Shown piece after piece: positions 12,750 to 24,576 of a DNA stretch of 64,000 bases. The translations under genes were made by a program, and so were the position numbers. This DNA comes from Vicugna vicugna (lineage: Eukaryota). The stretch is from contig MU057944.1 in NCBI GenBank assembly GCA_013265495.1, positions 62,001 to 126,000 on the forward strand. Direction: 5' to 3'. The stretch's first letter is position 1, and each line of letters opens with the position of its first letter. A model generated the notes under the pieces. It did no database searches. It saw only the letters and a program-made list of their open reading frames with translations, and was not told the origin of the DNA.

Positions 12750-13040
12750 TTGCAGCCATAATAGCAAACACTTCCATGGCACGTGCAATGTGCCATCTAC
12801 CGTCCTGTGTTTTACATGTCCAGGTTGAATTGATTCTCTCTGAGTTTCTGGTAACAGGCAGCAAGGATGTGGGTAGAGGGGATATTTAGTCCTCATAACA
12901 ACTATAGAAGGTGATTAACCCCATTTTATGGATGAAGAAACTGATGCACACTGGGTTTTGTGACATGTGCAAGGCCACTGGGCTACTGCATGGCAGAGCT
13001 GGGTTTGAACCCAAGTTGCCTGGTTTGCATTCATACTGTT
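12750..13040 (-). mobile_element. MIR (interrupted/decayed)
   Basis: atttagtcctcataacaact...ccccattttatggatgaagaaactga...ggcagagctgggtttgaacccaag. Confidence 0.7.
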
Positions 13041-13379
13041 AGCCACCTGCAGATGGATGCAGAGAATGAGAACTCATCAATTATGCCACCCTCATTCCGT
13101 GGGCCTACCTGCCCTGCAGAAGCAGGAAAGCTGGGAACTTGGTGGTGTCAGGAGTCCCTTGCAGCTAGAGTTCTGTGTGTGATTCAGGTTTGTCCACACA
13201 AATGAATTCATGTGACATTTGGAAGGGAGGCTGAGGCAGAGGTGCAGTCCTGGTGCTTCTACGCTTCTGAGGGCAGGCATGCTTCTGAAGCACTTGCTTT
13301 CTCTGTGGTCACTTCAGCAGTAGTCCCTGTGCAGTGCACAGCCTGCATTTCACCCCACACCCGCTTTTCTAGTGCAGGT

Positions 13380-13630
13380 CTGGGCAGGCACGGGGTCGTT
13401 TAGCAGCAGGAGGGAGCAGCTTCCCAATTGTGGCCAAGGAGGTAAGGTTCTGAGGCTTCCAGCATCTGATTCACGGGAGACGCAGCAGCTCCGTTGGTGG
13501 TTCAGTTTGGCAGTATGGCTTCTGTTTCTTCAGCTTTTCCTACAAATACCATCACCCATTTAATATCCTATAATAAATACCTTCCTGCTTAAAGTTGCCA
13601 GGGTAGAGTCTGTTCTCTGAACTGACTCTG
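13380..13630 (+). mobile_element. ERVL-type LTR 3' part
   Basis: aataaataccttcctgcttaaagttgccagggtagagtctgttctctgaactgact, polyA signal plus U5-like end of old ERVL LTRs. Confidence 0.5.
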
Positions 13631-14289
13631 GTCACACCATGCTAAACCAAAATGTCATCTTCATTACTGATAAGGCTAATATTGGAGAGTGTGTCCTACA
13701 TCAGCAGGCAAATAGGGCCCCTAATGAGATATATTTCTGCACCTGGGTGGATGTAGCACTGGCCTGGAGCAAGCCCCACTCCCTCAGCACAGAGGCCACT
13801 CTTGGAAGTTCGTGGGGGAGCAGAGCAGAATGTAAACCTTCTGGGCAGCTCACTCCCAAGAGGAAGGAGGGAGGAGGGACTAGCTACATGTGCCCAATTC
13901 TTTATTCTCTACTCACCAGGCAAATAAACCAGACCTACCTCTGGTGAGGACGGAGATGATGGTCAATGAATGAGGAGATTATGGAGGGAATTGGCTCAAA
14001 GTGTCATTTTTCAACATTGAGATTCTGTGAGTCTGTGAATGGAGACCATAAGCATTAAACCTGCTATGCGAAAGCAGAGATGATATATGTCATAGATCAT
14101 ATGACTCTGGGTGCAATTAAATATGTAATTTTGTACTTTCTGGAACCCTCAAGGGTAGGGAATATCATTCCAGATTAAAGAAGTTGCTTAATAGCTGATG
14201 CTTTGTCCATTTTAGAGATGTCACCTTTTAAAATACTAACCTCTAGGCATGGACATCTTTATGAGAAATACTATTACAAAAAGAAACCA

Positions 14290-14790
14290 TATTGTTTAGG
14301 ATGCTTTGAGCCATAGGTAACAGAGGCTTAAACAATAAATGCATTTAATAGCAAAATTCAGCTGTGTCATTGAGGTCTCAGATTTGTTCTGCATTTCCTT
14401 TCCTCTATCCTCAAGTGTGTTGGGGACAGCCTTTCCTCATTGTCACAAAGGGGCTGCTGCAGCTCCAAACATCACATCCTTCTCCCCAAACAGGAAACAA
14501 GAAGTGCTAGTGTTTTTTTTTTAAGGACTTTCTAGTCATGTGGCTCTCTACTTTATCAGAGAGGAAAATCTTTTCCAGAAGCTCTCAAGATATCACGCCT
14601 TTACACCTTATTGACTAGAGAAGGGTCCCATGTCCACTCCTAAACCAATCACTGGCAAAGAAGAATGGGATGGCCATGGCTGATTTCCGCCATTCCTGGG
14701 GCTGAGCACATTATCTCCCAAACAAAATCAGAGTCTTGGTGGCATGAATAAGAGGAGCGGATATCGATAGGGAGGCAGTAACAGTGCAAC
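14290..14790 (-). mobile_element. MLT1K/L-like MaLR LTR
   Basis: ggctgctgcagctccaaacatcacatcc...ccatgtccactcctaaaccaatcactggcaaagaagaatgggat...gggctgagcacatt...aaaatcagagtcttg. Confidence 0.65.
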
Positions 14791-15409
14791 TGGCTATAGG
14801 GTCTCAGTTCAATGCTCTGTAAAGCAGAGGTGTTTCCGAATTCTTCTTTCCATGTGATATTGCTCTTCCTCCTTCACTGTCAGGCTGCCAGCCGTAACTT
14901 CCTGCTCCTGCTTCTGGGCCTGTTAGAGCCAGCATCACTCCCTGCTTCCAGTTTCCCCTTTAATCGTATGTGAGTCTAGAACTTGGGGGGAGAAAGGTGC
15001 ACTTACTGGACTAGAACAGCGTCTGTTATTGGATTCCGGGACACTGGTCTAGAAGTATTCCTGAATCCATTTTCCCCAAAGCTGACTAAAGCCAGCTCCA
15101 GATTCCTATTTCATTTGGTGTTTGATTTTTTTGTCTTTAATCTCTAGTTAGCAGAACCAGCTTTACTGGGATAACCTAGGCCAGGAGGGGTGGGACATGA
15201 AGCCAGCCTCTGCAGTGCACCCTGTGTAGGTAGGCGTGGCTGCGTGCCTGCACACCATGGAGAAGCAGGGGCTGGGTACCGGCTCTCCCATGTCACCCAC
15301 TACAGGCTGTGATGATGGTGGGTCTGTTAGTTACAGGTCCCGCTGAGGGATTTCCAGTCATCAGCTCTGTTGAGTCATGAAAAGCATAACACAGGGTAAT
15401 GGACTAGGT

Positions 15410-15635
15410 CAGGATTTCTCAACCTCGGCTCTATTGACATTTGGGGTCACATGATTGTTGAAGGGTTTTTTTTGGCAGGGAGGTGGGGGAGGGCACTGTC
15501 CTGGGCAGCTTAGTAAGCATCCCTGACCTCCATCCACTAGATGCCAGTGGCCACCCCTAGTCCTTAATTATAATGACACTAGGCATTACCAAATGTCACC
15601 TGCAGGATAGAATCACCTCTAGTTGAGAACCACTG
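15410..15635 (-). mobile_element. MER20, near full length
   Basis: caggatttctcaacctcggctctattgacatttgg at left and ttgagaaccactg at right are the MER20 ends; internal ccactagatgccagt. Confidence 0.9.
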
Positions 15636-15689
15636 GGCTGGAGAATCGTGGGCTGGGGGGCTTAAGCGCCTTGGCAAGCATGGCCCTCC

Positions 15690-15955
15690 CTGACCACCCT
15701 TCCTCAGGGAGCACCGTGGGCCCCTATGTCCTGTCTCTTACCAGCTCTGTATCTTGCTTTATTTTCTCCATAGCCCTTATCACCCACTGAATATATCTCA
15801 TTTTATTTATGTGTTTGTTTATCTGCTCCCAGCCCTGGACTCCCAGTCCTGTGGGAGCAGAAACCAGATCTGTCTTCCTCTTCACGGCATCTCCAGCACC
15901 TGACAGTGTCCGTTGCACAGGGTGGGGGTTCAGCAAATATCTGTGAGGATGATTC
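15690..15955 (+). mobile_element. L2 3' end
   Basis: ttttctccatagcccttatcacc...tgtcttcctcttcacggcatctccagcacctgacagtgtcc...ttcagcaaatatctg. Confidence 0.75.
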
Positions 15956-16964
15956 AGAGAGTTCCATGAGGGGGTTCCTCATGGGAATTATTTAATGAGC
16001 ATCCACTCTGTTCCAGACACGTGGATGGACACCTCCCCTATGAGCTCATTATGCCTTACAGACAAGGAAACGGAGGCTCAGAAAAGTCTAGTAACAAACA
16101 GCTGACAAATGATGAAGGCAGGCTGTGAACTCAGGTGTGGCTGGTTTGGGGATGCCAGGCCACCTCCCTGAAGACACTAGGTCGGCTTGGAGGGGGTCCT
16201 TCTGGCACTGTGATTGGAGCATCCCAAGCAGGAGACTGTGGGCTTCCAGGGTCAGCCTGGTCGGTTCCACCCCTGACCAGCCAGTTCAAAAGGGCCGAGA
16301 GCTTGCTTCCCGGCACCTGATGGAGACTCAAGGCCACCTTGTCCTGCTGAGGACATGGGACGCCCAGGGCCCCAGGGAGCTTATGTTTTCTCAGATTGGA
16401 AGAATTATGGATCAACTGCTCTTTGGTGGCCTCCAAACTATTTCTCTTGCATTCCAGGGGGAAACCGCAGTCCAGACCTCTCAGCCGCTTCCTCCCCCAG
16501 AGCAGCTCGGGAAGCGTGGCCCCCAGGAATCCGCCCCTGCCCCCACCCACATGCGACCGTCAGGAAAGCCTGACGCTGAACAGGATTATTGTGGCGGGTT
16601 GGCTTCCCCACCCCTCCCCTCACGGTAATTAGCACTTCAGTTTTCTCTTGTGGTATTTATGTGTTTAGACAACACAGTTCATTGTTTCCAAATGTTAGTC
16701 AATTCTAACTATAAATCAAGCCCCAGATTTTGAATCCCATTCAAGGGAAAACTCACAAGTTGATGTTACACAAATAAATCATAAGAGGGTGGGAATGTTA
16801 TAAATGGAGAAGAGCGATTCAGACTCTGAACGCTGTAAATGCAGCTTTTTGAACTACTTAGTGAGCACATTAAAACAATTATATAAGGCTTGGGAGAATC
16901 TAATAGTACATTAGTCTGTAAGATGAAGTCATTTGAAAGTTCTTATGTCCAAGAAGAATTAATA

Positions 16965-17345
16965 TTTTTAGTGCTTTGTAGTTTACAAAGCCTTTCTTTT
17001 TTTTGCACATTATTTAATTTAATCCTTCACAACAGCCTTTTTATATAGGGAGGCAAGCTATTTTACTAAATTCCATCAATTCCAAAACCTATTTGGTTTC
17101 CATTTTTCACTCTGAAATCAGGATGCATCTTGGAATCAAAGACATGTCTGTTTAATTGGCAGCTTTATTTCCTTAGTGATGCACAAAATAATGGTGCGCA
17201 TTATAAATGGCAGTGTCTTAGGTTTAATGAAACGCGTACTATGACGATCCCCGTTTCACAAGGAGGGAGACAAGTCCTTAGATGTTACAGACTTGGCCCA
17301 AAGTCATGTAGTGAGTAAATGGAAGACTCAGAACTTGAACCCAAG
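16965..17345 (-). mobile_element. MIR split by a MER104 insertion
   Basis: tttaatccttcacaacagcc at left; atccccgtttcacaagga...gacttggcccaaagtcatgtagtgagtaaatggaagactcagaacttgaacccaag at right. Confidence 0.65.
17066..17236 (+). mobile_element. MER104 (TcMar-Tc2 MITE)
   Basis: ctctgaaatcaggatgcatctt...tttaattggcagc...aaaataatggtgcgcatt...gtcttaggtttaatgaaacgcg, flanked by TA on both sides (17064-17065, 17237-17238). Confidence 0.75.
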
Positions 17346-18242
17346 AGAGGCAGGACTTTTGAAGGGCATATAAATAGCCCAAGGATACATGATCACCGAG
17401 TTGCCCTCTGTGGAAGGTGGTCCCCTAAACTGAGGAACTTTTGTTTTTCTGAACAAAGGACACAAGTTTGGAGCCAAAGCAGAACTGCCTGAAATGTTAG
17501 AAGGGAGATGAAGAGTCTCACATTCACTTCCACCTCTCCCTTGAAATGTTCAGCCTCTTCTCAGGATAACTTAGGTAGTGTTGCTTTGAAGTTGGCTTTG
17601 CAAATTAGCCCTCCATGGCTAACTTGAATTAGGAAACAGCACCCTGACTCCTACTGGACCTAGTCCCACACTGGACACAAGGCTTGGAGAGAGGAGCACA
17701 GACTAAGTTGTAACCCCTTTCACCGCTCAGCTGATCTTCTTGTATAGTGCACAACCTGAGCAACTGTACATAGCACTTCTATACACCCACATGTCTCCAA
17801 CTAGTCTTCACTGGAGGGGTGATAGGACAAGAATGGCAGAGAGAAGGAAAACGTGGACAAAGTCAGGAATTATTCTTCCAGTCCAGATCACATTCATTGT
17901 TTAAGCCTGGTTTTTGTGTTCTGATGAAGTCTAAGCCTGTGAGAGCTTTGACCAAGCTTGGCTCTCAGAAGAGAAACTTAATGCTTTATGAAACTGATAT
18001 ATAGATTTAAGAAATTCAAACATGGTATTTTTAACAGTCTTTCTGGGCCTATTTGTGAAGATACACCTGATTAGCTAAACCAACCAACCATTCATATTAG
18101 TTTGCTAGTCTAAAGTAGACCAGTAGAAAGAGCTTATGTTCAGAGCCAGGTTCAGACATGGGTCTCTGCTGCTTTCCAGCTGTTCACTGTAGGAAATTGT
18201 TCAATGGCTCTGAAACCTCAGTCTTCCCATCTGTAAAATGGA

Positions 18243-18756
18243 TATGGTGGATTAAAGATAAGTGCACATACTTTGCTGCTTCCCCACATTGAGAGGTAGA
18301 ATCTGGTTCCCCTCCCCTTGAATCTGGATGAGCCTTAATGACTTGACTGGCCAAAAGAATTTAGAAGAGGTGATGTACTGGGACATCACCTATGAGGCTA
18401 GATCACCTGGGAAGCCTGGTATTTTCCACCTGGACATCTTGGAGCTTAGCTGCCATGTTGTGAGGCAACCCAAGCAGCCTTGGGGAGATGTCCCCATGGA
18501 GACAAACCAAGTCCCAAGTCTGATAGCCTCAACTGAACTCCCTGTTGACAATCAGCATCAACTTGCCAGCCAGGCGAGTGCATCATCTTGAAAGTGGATC
18601 CTCCAGCCCCAGATGAGCTGCCTTGGGTGATGGATGTGGAGCAGAGACAGCTGTCTCCACGCTCACATTGCAGACTTCTGAGCAAAGCAAACGATTGTTG
18701 TTATTTTAAATCCGTAAGTCTGTCTGTCTGTCGTGTAGCAGTGGATAAATGGAACA
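18243..18756 (+). mobile_element. MLT1F/G/H-like solo LTR inserted in a MIR
   Basis: tggtggattaaagat...cattgagaggtagaatctggttcccctccccttgaatctgg...gcagtggataaatggaaca; MIR core ends catctgtaaaatgga at ~18241 and resumes at ~18760. Confidence 0.8.
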
Positions 18757-20581
18757 CAGAGGGTATGAGCAATAGCTCACGCAGGAGTTGCGTTGAGAGT
18801 TAAAGGAAATTCAGTACATAAAGCACCGACTGTGCTGTCCAGCACACAGTAGGCATTCACGGAAGCTGAGTTCACTTTCCTTCCCCTTACTAGTGTGGGA
18901 CCCACTCCGTTACTAGTTGCTCTGTCCTGCTAGGACCAGCCTGATCATCTCCCAAGAGGCAGGGGGCAGGGCATCACCCTGACACAGGGTTGGCTGGACC
19001 CCACATTGCCCCCTGTAAATGGTTCGGGCTGGCACCATCAGCCGTCATGGGGGACATTTGCTATTGGATGAAAATCATCATTAGTTCATCCTCCCTGATT
19101 CCCAGTAAAAAAAAATCCTTGGATTTAAAGTTGATGACTTCCCATGGTCACCAAATAATATGATGACACATCGAAGGCTGCATCTTCCATTGGTTCCCCG
19201 CGCTGACCACATGCAAACAGGAGACTGGCCTCCCGGTCACCCAGAGACGTCCTTGCAGATCCCACAAGAGCCCCCACTTGGCCCTTTTCCAGAGCAGGGA
19301 CCATGTGCCCAACTGTCAGCACCCCTGACCCCAAGCCCGTGGGGCACACTGAGGCTCCCTGGAGCTCCTTACATCTGAAATGCCCCCAAGCAGGCCTCCA
19401 GCCTGGCAGGCAGGACGGAAGACATTAGGAATGAGGTGGGAACGGCTTCACATACGCCTGTGGGCCTGTTCTGACTAGGGCCTGAGCTCTCAGTGTCCTT
19501 CTCACACCCCTGCTGATGGGGCGGGGGCTCCCATGGCTGCTGCCTGCTTAGACCCTCCCCGGGCGGCAACCAGATCACAAAATAAGAGTCTCTGTAGGTC
19601 ACTGGGAAGGCGGTCACATGATAAAGGTAAATGTCACAGGAGTGTGTAATGGGGTCAGTAGAGGGGAGGCCAGGAATTTGCCCCTCCGGGTGCTGGGTGC
19701 TGTCTGAAGTGGGGGCACTGTGTTCATTTGGCCTCTCCCAGCCTCAGCTTACTCGCCTGCAGCATGGGTTACCCAGAGCCCCCACTTCCAAGGGTGTCCA
19801 GGGAGTTAAACGAGAGGCTATGCTTAAGCCCTTGCCCGGCCTCTGGTACCGTACAGCCTGGTGGTGGTTTCTGGATAATAACGTGAGTGATCATCTTCCA
19901 GCAGCCTTCTGAAGTGAGTCTTGTTTCCTCCGCTGTGACAGAGAGTCGAGGCTCAGAAACTTGGCTCCTGGCCGCTACAGACTTGGGCAGTTCTCGGTGC
20001 ACGGGAGGGGCAGAGTGGATCAGTTTCTGAGCACCAGAGAAATCAGAGATGTTTCAGAAACCGTGCTGAAATTGAATCAGGTGAGTCTGGAGACGAGCCA
20101 GGCATCCGTCTCCCTTTCTGTGCCCACCAACCTGGGCAGCCATGAACGTCTTCCGAGCAGATGGTGAGACGGGGGCTCTGTGCGGTCCACACCAGGCTGT
20201 GCGGAGGAAGCAGGCAGTCCGTTGCTGTTGGCCTCATTGTCCGGGGTTCTGGACAGGTATTGGGGATCCTGTCGTTTCTCCAGCACCTCTTCTCAGCTCC
20301 AAGGTAGCATCTGCCGGCCTTGAGGCCGGTGAGCCCAGAGTGCACTCAGCTTGGAGTATTGGCCGTCCTCAGAAGTGCCCTTGGATGATGCTTCTTGTTC
20401 CAAACCCAGGCACCTTGGCAAGGCTGACCTTGCCACAGGCCCAGAGCCTCTCGGATTGCCCGCCTCTGTTAGGGTTTAGAGGGGAGCAAGGAGGCAGTGC
20501 AAGACGAGGTCAGGGAGGCTGAGCTGAACTGCCATCTGTTGTCCTTCACTTTCAACTTTCAGAACCTACTGTGCACCAGCA

Positions 20582-21293
20582 TCGACTAGCTGTCTATGGC
20601 TGCATAGCGAGTGACTGCAAGCTTAGTGGCCTAAAACAACACACGTTTGTTAATTTCCCAGTTCCTGGGGGTCTAGAGTCCAGGCACGGCTTAGCTGGGT
20701 CCTCTGCCCAGGGCCCCACGCGGCTGCAGCCAAGGCGGCGGTCAGGCTGCGTTCTCACCTGCAGGCTCAACTGCGGAAGACTCTGCTTCCAAGCTCCCTC
20801 GGGCTGTTGTCAGAATTCGTTTCCTTGTGGCTCTGTGCATGAGGCCCTGAAGACCTGCTGGCCATCAGCTGGAGGCCACCTGCAGGTATAGGGGCTGCAT
20901 GCAGTTCCTGGCCATGTGGGCTTCCTCTGTGCACCTGCTGACTTCATGGAGCCAAAAGGATCTCCAGTGTGGACCAGCAGGACAGAGCCGTACGTAGATA
21001 GATAGGTAGATAGGGGGGTGTGTGTACAGACAGATGTAGATACAGATGCAGACAGATGGACAAACACCGGTGTTAGACAGATATATACACATATCGAGAT
21101 AGATAAATACGTGAAGATCAGTAGACAGAAATAAATAGATACATAGATGGATAATAACCTGCCACCTCTACCATGTTTATTCATTGGAAACAAGTCACAG
21201 GTCCTGCCCACACTCAAGGGGAGGAGATTACACCAGGCGTGACCCCAAGGGGTGGAGGTCAAGAGGACCATCTTGGAATTGTGCTTGCCACCA
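20582..21293 (-). mobile_element. MLT1D/E-like solo LTR containing a simple-repeat expansion
   Basis: cttagtggcctaaaacaacac...gcacggcttagctgggtcctctg...aagtcacaggtcctgcccacactcaaggggaggagatt...gaccatcttggaatt. Confidence 0.85.
20993..21152. repeat. Degenerate (TAGA/CAGA)n simple repeat
   Basis: tagatagataggtagatagg...cagacagatgtagatacagatgcagacagat...gatagataaatac. Confidence 0.75.
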
Positions 21294-22706
21294 GCACCCT
21301 GAGAGTTAAGTAGTATCACCCCCATTTCTAGATGGGAGACAGGTTTAGAGAGAGAACTTGCCCAGGCTCCAGCAGCGATCCAATGGCCCAGCTGGCGTTT
21401 CAGGCCACCCGGTCCACCTCTCCATGGACGCCTCTTCTCCACCATCAGGACCACACTTCCCTCACTGCCCTGGTTACCTGTGTGCTCACTGTGACTGGCG
21501 GGGCCAGAGTGCCTTCTCTGTGGCGGCGTTCATTGTGCTGACAGCGTACTTGTTCAGTGTGTATCTTATCTCTGCACCCCTACTGTGTGCCCTCTACGGG
21601 CAAAGACTGCATCCATCCTGTTAGTGGCCACATCCCTGGCCCAATGTGTGCACTTTGTAAACAGTCATTCAGTCACTCAACAAACACTCACTGAGCTGGG
21701 CTGCCTACTTTGGATACAAAGATGACCAAGACATAGCTGTCTTCCCAAGCCCCTCACTCTCTGGCAGAGCAGAGACATAAAATAAATAAACTACAAGATA
21801 GTGTGGTGTGGTACAAAGGTTACAGTGGCCTCTTCAAGTTTGCCCATTCTCATGTCCCCAGGACCTAAAACAGTGACTGGCACATAGTAGGCGCTCAGTA
21901 ATGTTTGTAGACGGCTACGGTTCCATTACCCAGCATGCCTTGCCCTCTACTTTTGCGCATAGGCTAGAAAATAAAAATCTTAAAAGATTAACCGGCCAGG
22001 AAAATCCAGAGAAAGTTTAAAAATGCATACTATCATCCTGGGCCGGCTTCAGAAGTCTCTGAGGCAGCCCTCCAACCCTGGCCCCTCCCTTTTTGAGCAG
22101 AGCTTTGCATTTAGAAATAGAAAAAAAAAAAGACTGTAATTATTAAAATTGTGTATATAGGAGAATTTCGCCTTTCATTTGAGGTGTCCTAATGACACTT
22201 CAGCAACTGCTAGGGAAGATAATAGGGTTTAGAGCAATTACCCAGCCCGTCAAATACCGAACATGAGTGATTCAGATTCATGCCTGGAGCTGGAACAATG
22301 CTCAGCAGTTTTGCGCGTACACAGCTGTTTCATTTAAAATATTTTGGCAGGAAATTGTGAAGTGGGCTGTGCTGGCCGTCCCTGCCTTGGAAGCTTAACT
22401 CCTTCCACACCCAGTGCCATCCATCTCTCCTTCCTCCCAGACTCCCCACCTTAATTCCTGCTTGGCCAAACTTTTGCGCAACATGTTTGGGAGTTAAAAC
22501 TTGGCCCCTTAGCTGAAAATACCAGGGGTGTCGGGGGCTGTTTGTTCCTCCTAAGCCTGCTTGAAGATTCTGTGACTTTCTCCATCTTTGATTCGGTCAG
22601 AAGGTGTTACTCCATCACTAGATGGCCAGTCCAGTGTGGGCTGCCAGGATCTATTGGTCAGATGGCCAAAAACAGATGGCCCGCTCAAACTGGATGATCT
22701 GAAGTT

Positions 22707-23018
22707 CTGTCTTAGTTTGAGCAGCTACAACAAAATTCCATAGACTGGGTGGCTTACACAGCAAACATTTATTTCTTACAGTTTGGAGGCCGGGAAGTCC
22801 CACAGTGTAGGTGCTGTCTGATTCAGCATCTGGTGAGAACCCTCTTCTTGGTTTTCAGCTCTTGCTGTGTCCTCAGAGGTAGAGAGAGAGGTCATCTCTC
22901 TCCTGTCTCGTCTCTCCTAAGGACATTGATCCCGTCCTGAGGGCCCCACCCTCAACCTAATCACCTCCCAAAGACCCCGCCTCCAAATACCATCACAGAG
23001 GGGACTGGGGCTTCAACA
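22707..23018 (-). mobile_element. MLT1A-like MaLR LTR
   Basis: tgtcttagtttgagcagctacaacaaaattccatagactgggtggctt...acatttatttcttacagtttggagg...acctaatcacctcccaaagaccccgcctccaaataccatcac. Confidence 0.85.
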
Positions 23019-23124
23019 ACTTCCCCCACTTGTGAGATGATCCCAAACCCCTTTCCATGGCCTCTGAAGCCTCATGTGGTCCAGCCCCCACCTCCCTGCC
23101 GCCTCTCTAATCTCATTTCCTAAT

Positions 23125-23310
23125 CCAAGGGTTTTCCAGCTTTAATGGGTGCAGGAATCGCCTGGAGAAACTTGCAGAAACAGTTTCCTGGGCCCCATCC
23201 CCAGAGATTCAGATCCAGTAGGAGGAGGTGGGGCCCATGAATGTGTATTCTAACAAGTTCCTACAGGATGCTGATGCCGCTGGACCGAGACACAGCTGGA
23301 GTGACACTGC
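23125..23310. mobile_element. MER5A (hAT-Charlie)
   Basis: gaatcgcctggag...cctgggccccatccccagagattcagatccagtagg...tattctaacaagttcc...gatgctgatgccgctggacc. Confidence 0.85.
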
Positions 23311-24182
23311 ATGGTCCTTGCAGCCCTCTACATCTGAACGTTTCCACCTGAGGGTTCAGCGCTTTTGAGGGCCACTTAGCTAAGTCATTGCTTCTGCTCT
23401 TGGAGCCATCTGCCAATGCCAAGGGCCACGCCGTCTGGGTATCCTGAGATCCTGGAAGCAGCCATGGCCAATGGGGTGTGTTTCACTGGTCCCCCCATTA
23501 GCACAATTGGGTTTGTTTTCCCAGCTGCAAACCCAGATCCTGGGCTGCACGGCTGCCTGAAATAGACTGGAGCATATAGAATGAACTGCACACATGATCA
23601 AGCTGGACTTCCCACTCTTGCTCACTCTTCCCACTTTTGGGCTCTGTGGTCTTTGGACTGGATCTTGGAAGATAGAATTTCAGAAAGAAGATTAGGGTCC
23701 CAGTAAGGGAGGCACTCCGAGCTTGAGCAGAGGATGGAGGTGAGAAGGTACAGGTTAGATCTGGGGAATGGTGATGGTTTGGTCGGCATGGAGTGGAATA
23801 TCCCCAGTTCAGACTGGGGAGGGCCATGAGGGACAGTGAAAAGCCCCTGAAGTTCTGACGCAAGGCAGGGACATGCTCGACCGAGATGGGCAGAGGGAAG
23901 AGAAGAGAGGCGAGATGGACACAAGATGCATAAGGGCTTCGATGGCATCGTGACATTGAGGATGGAGAGTCTGGATGCAGCAGGACCATGGTTTATTCCA
24001 CGATGGGTATTTGGGAGAAAGGGGAGCAGGGGAGGGAAAAAAACAAGGCAGCATGATTCTGATTCTAAGTCTAGACACTTGCAGAATGGAAGCCCCACTG
24101 ACAAATTAGTAGAGGCTGGAAGAAAAGCTGGTGGGAGGGATGGGTAATGCGATATGGGCTTGAAAGGATCCTTAGAAGTCAC

Positions 24183-24576
24183 TGTATAGGCTGTGTTGTG
24201 TCAACCCCCAAAATTTATACAAAATTCATATGTTGAAAATCTAGCCCCTAGTGCCTCAGAATGTGCTGTCTTTAGAGATAAGGCCTTTAGAGAGGTAATT
24301 AAAGTAAAATGAGGTCATTGCGGAGGGCTCTGAGCCAACATGACTGGTGTCCTTTAGAGAAGAGGGGATGAGGACACAGACTCACACAGAGACCGTATGA
24401 AGACACAGGGAGCAGACGGCCATCTACAAGCCAAGGAGAGAGGCCGCAGAGGAAGACAGCCCTGCCGACACCTTGATCTTGGGCTTCGAGCCTCTGGAAT
24501 TGAGAGAAAATAAATTCGTGTTGTTGAAGCCACCCGGTCTGGTGCTTTGTCATGACAGTCCTGGAAAACTAACACA
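24183..24576 (+). mobile_element. MLT1B-like full-length solo LTR with 5-bp TSD
   Basis: TG...CA termini, 394 bp, internal AATAAA, flanked by GTCAC (24178-24182) and GTCAT (24577-24581). Confidence 0.9.

Noticed and set aside
20810..21454. 214-aa ORF with a hydrophobic, transmembrane-like stretch
   Set aside because: The hydrophobic segment is the translated (TCTA)n-like simple repeat inside an MLT1 LTR
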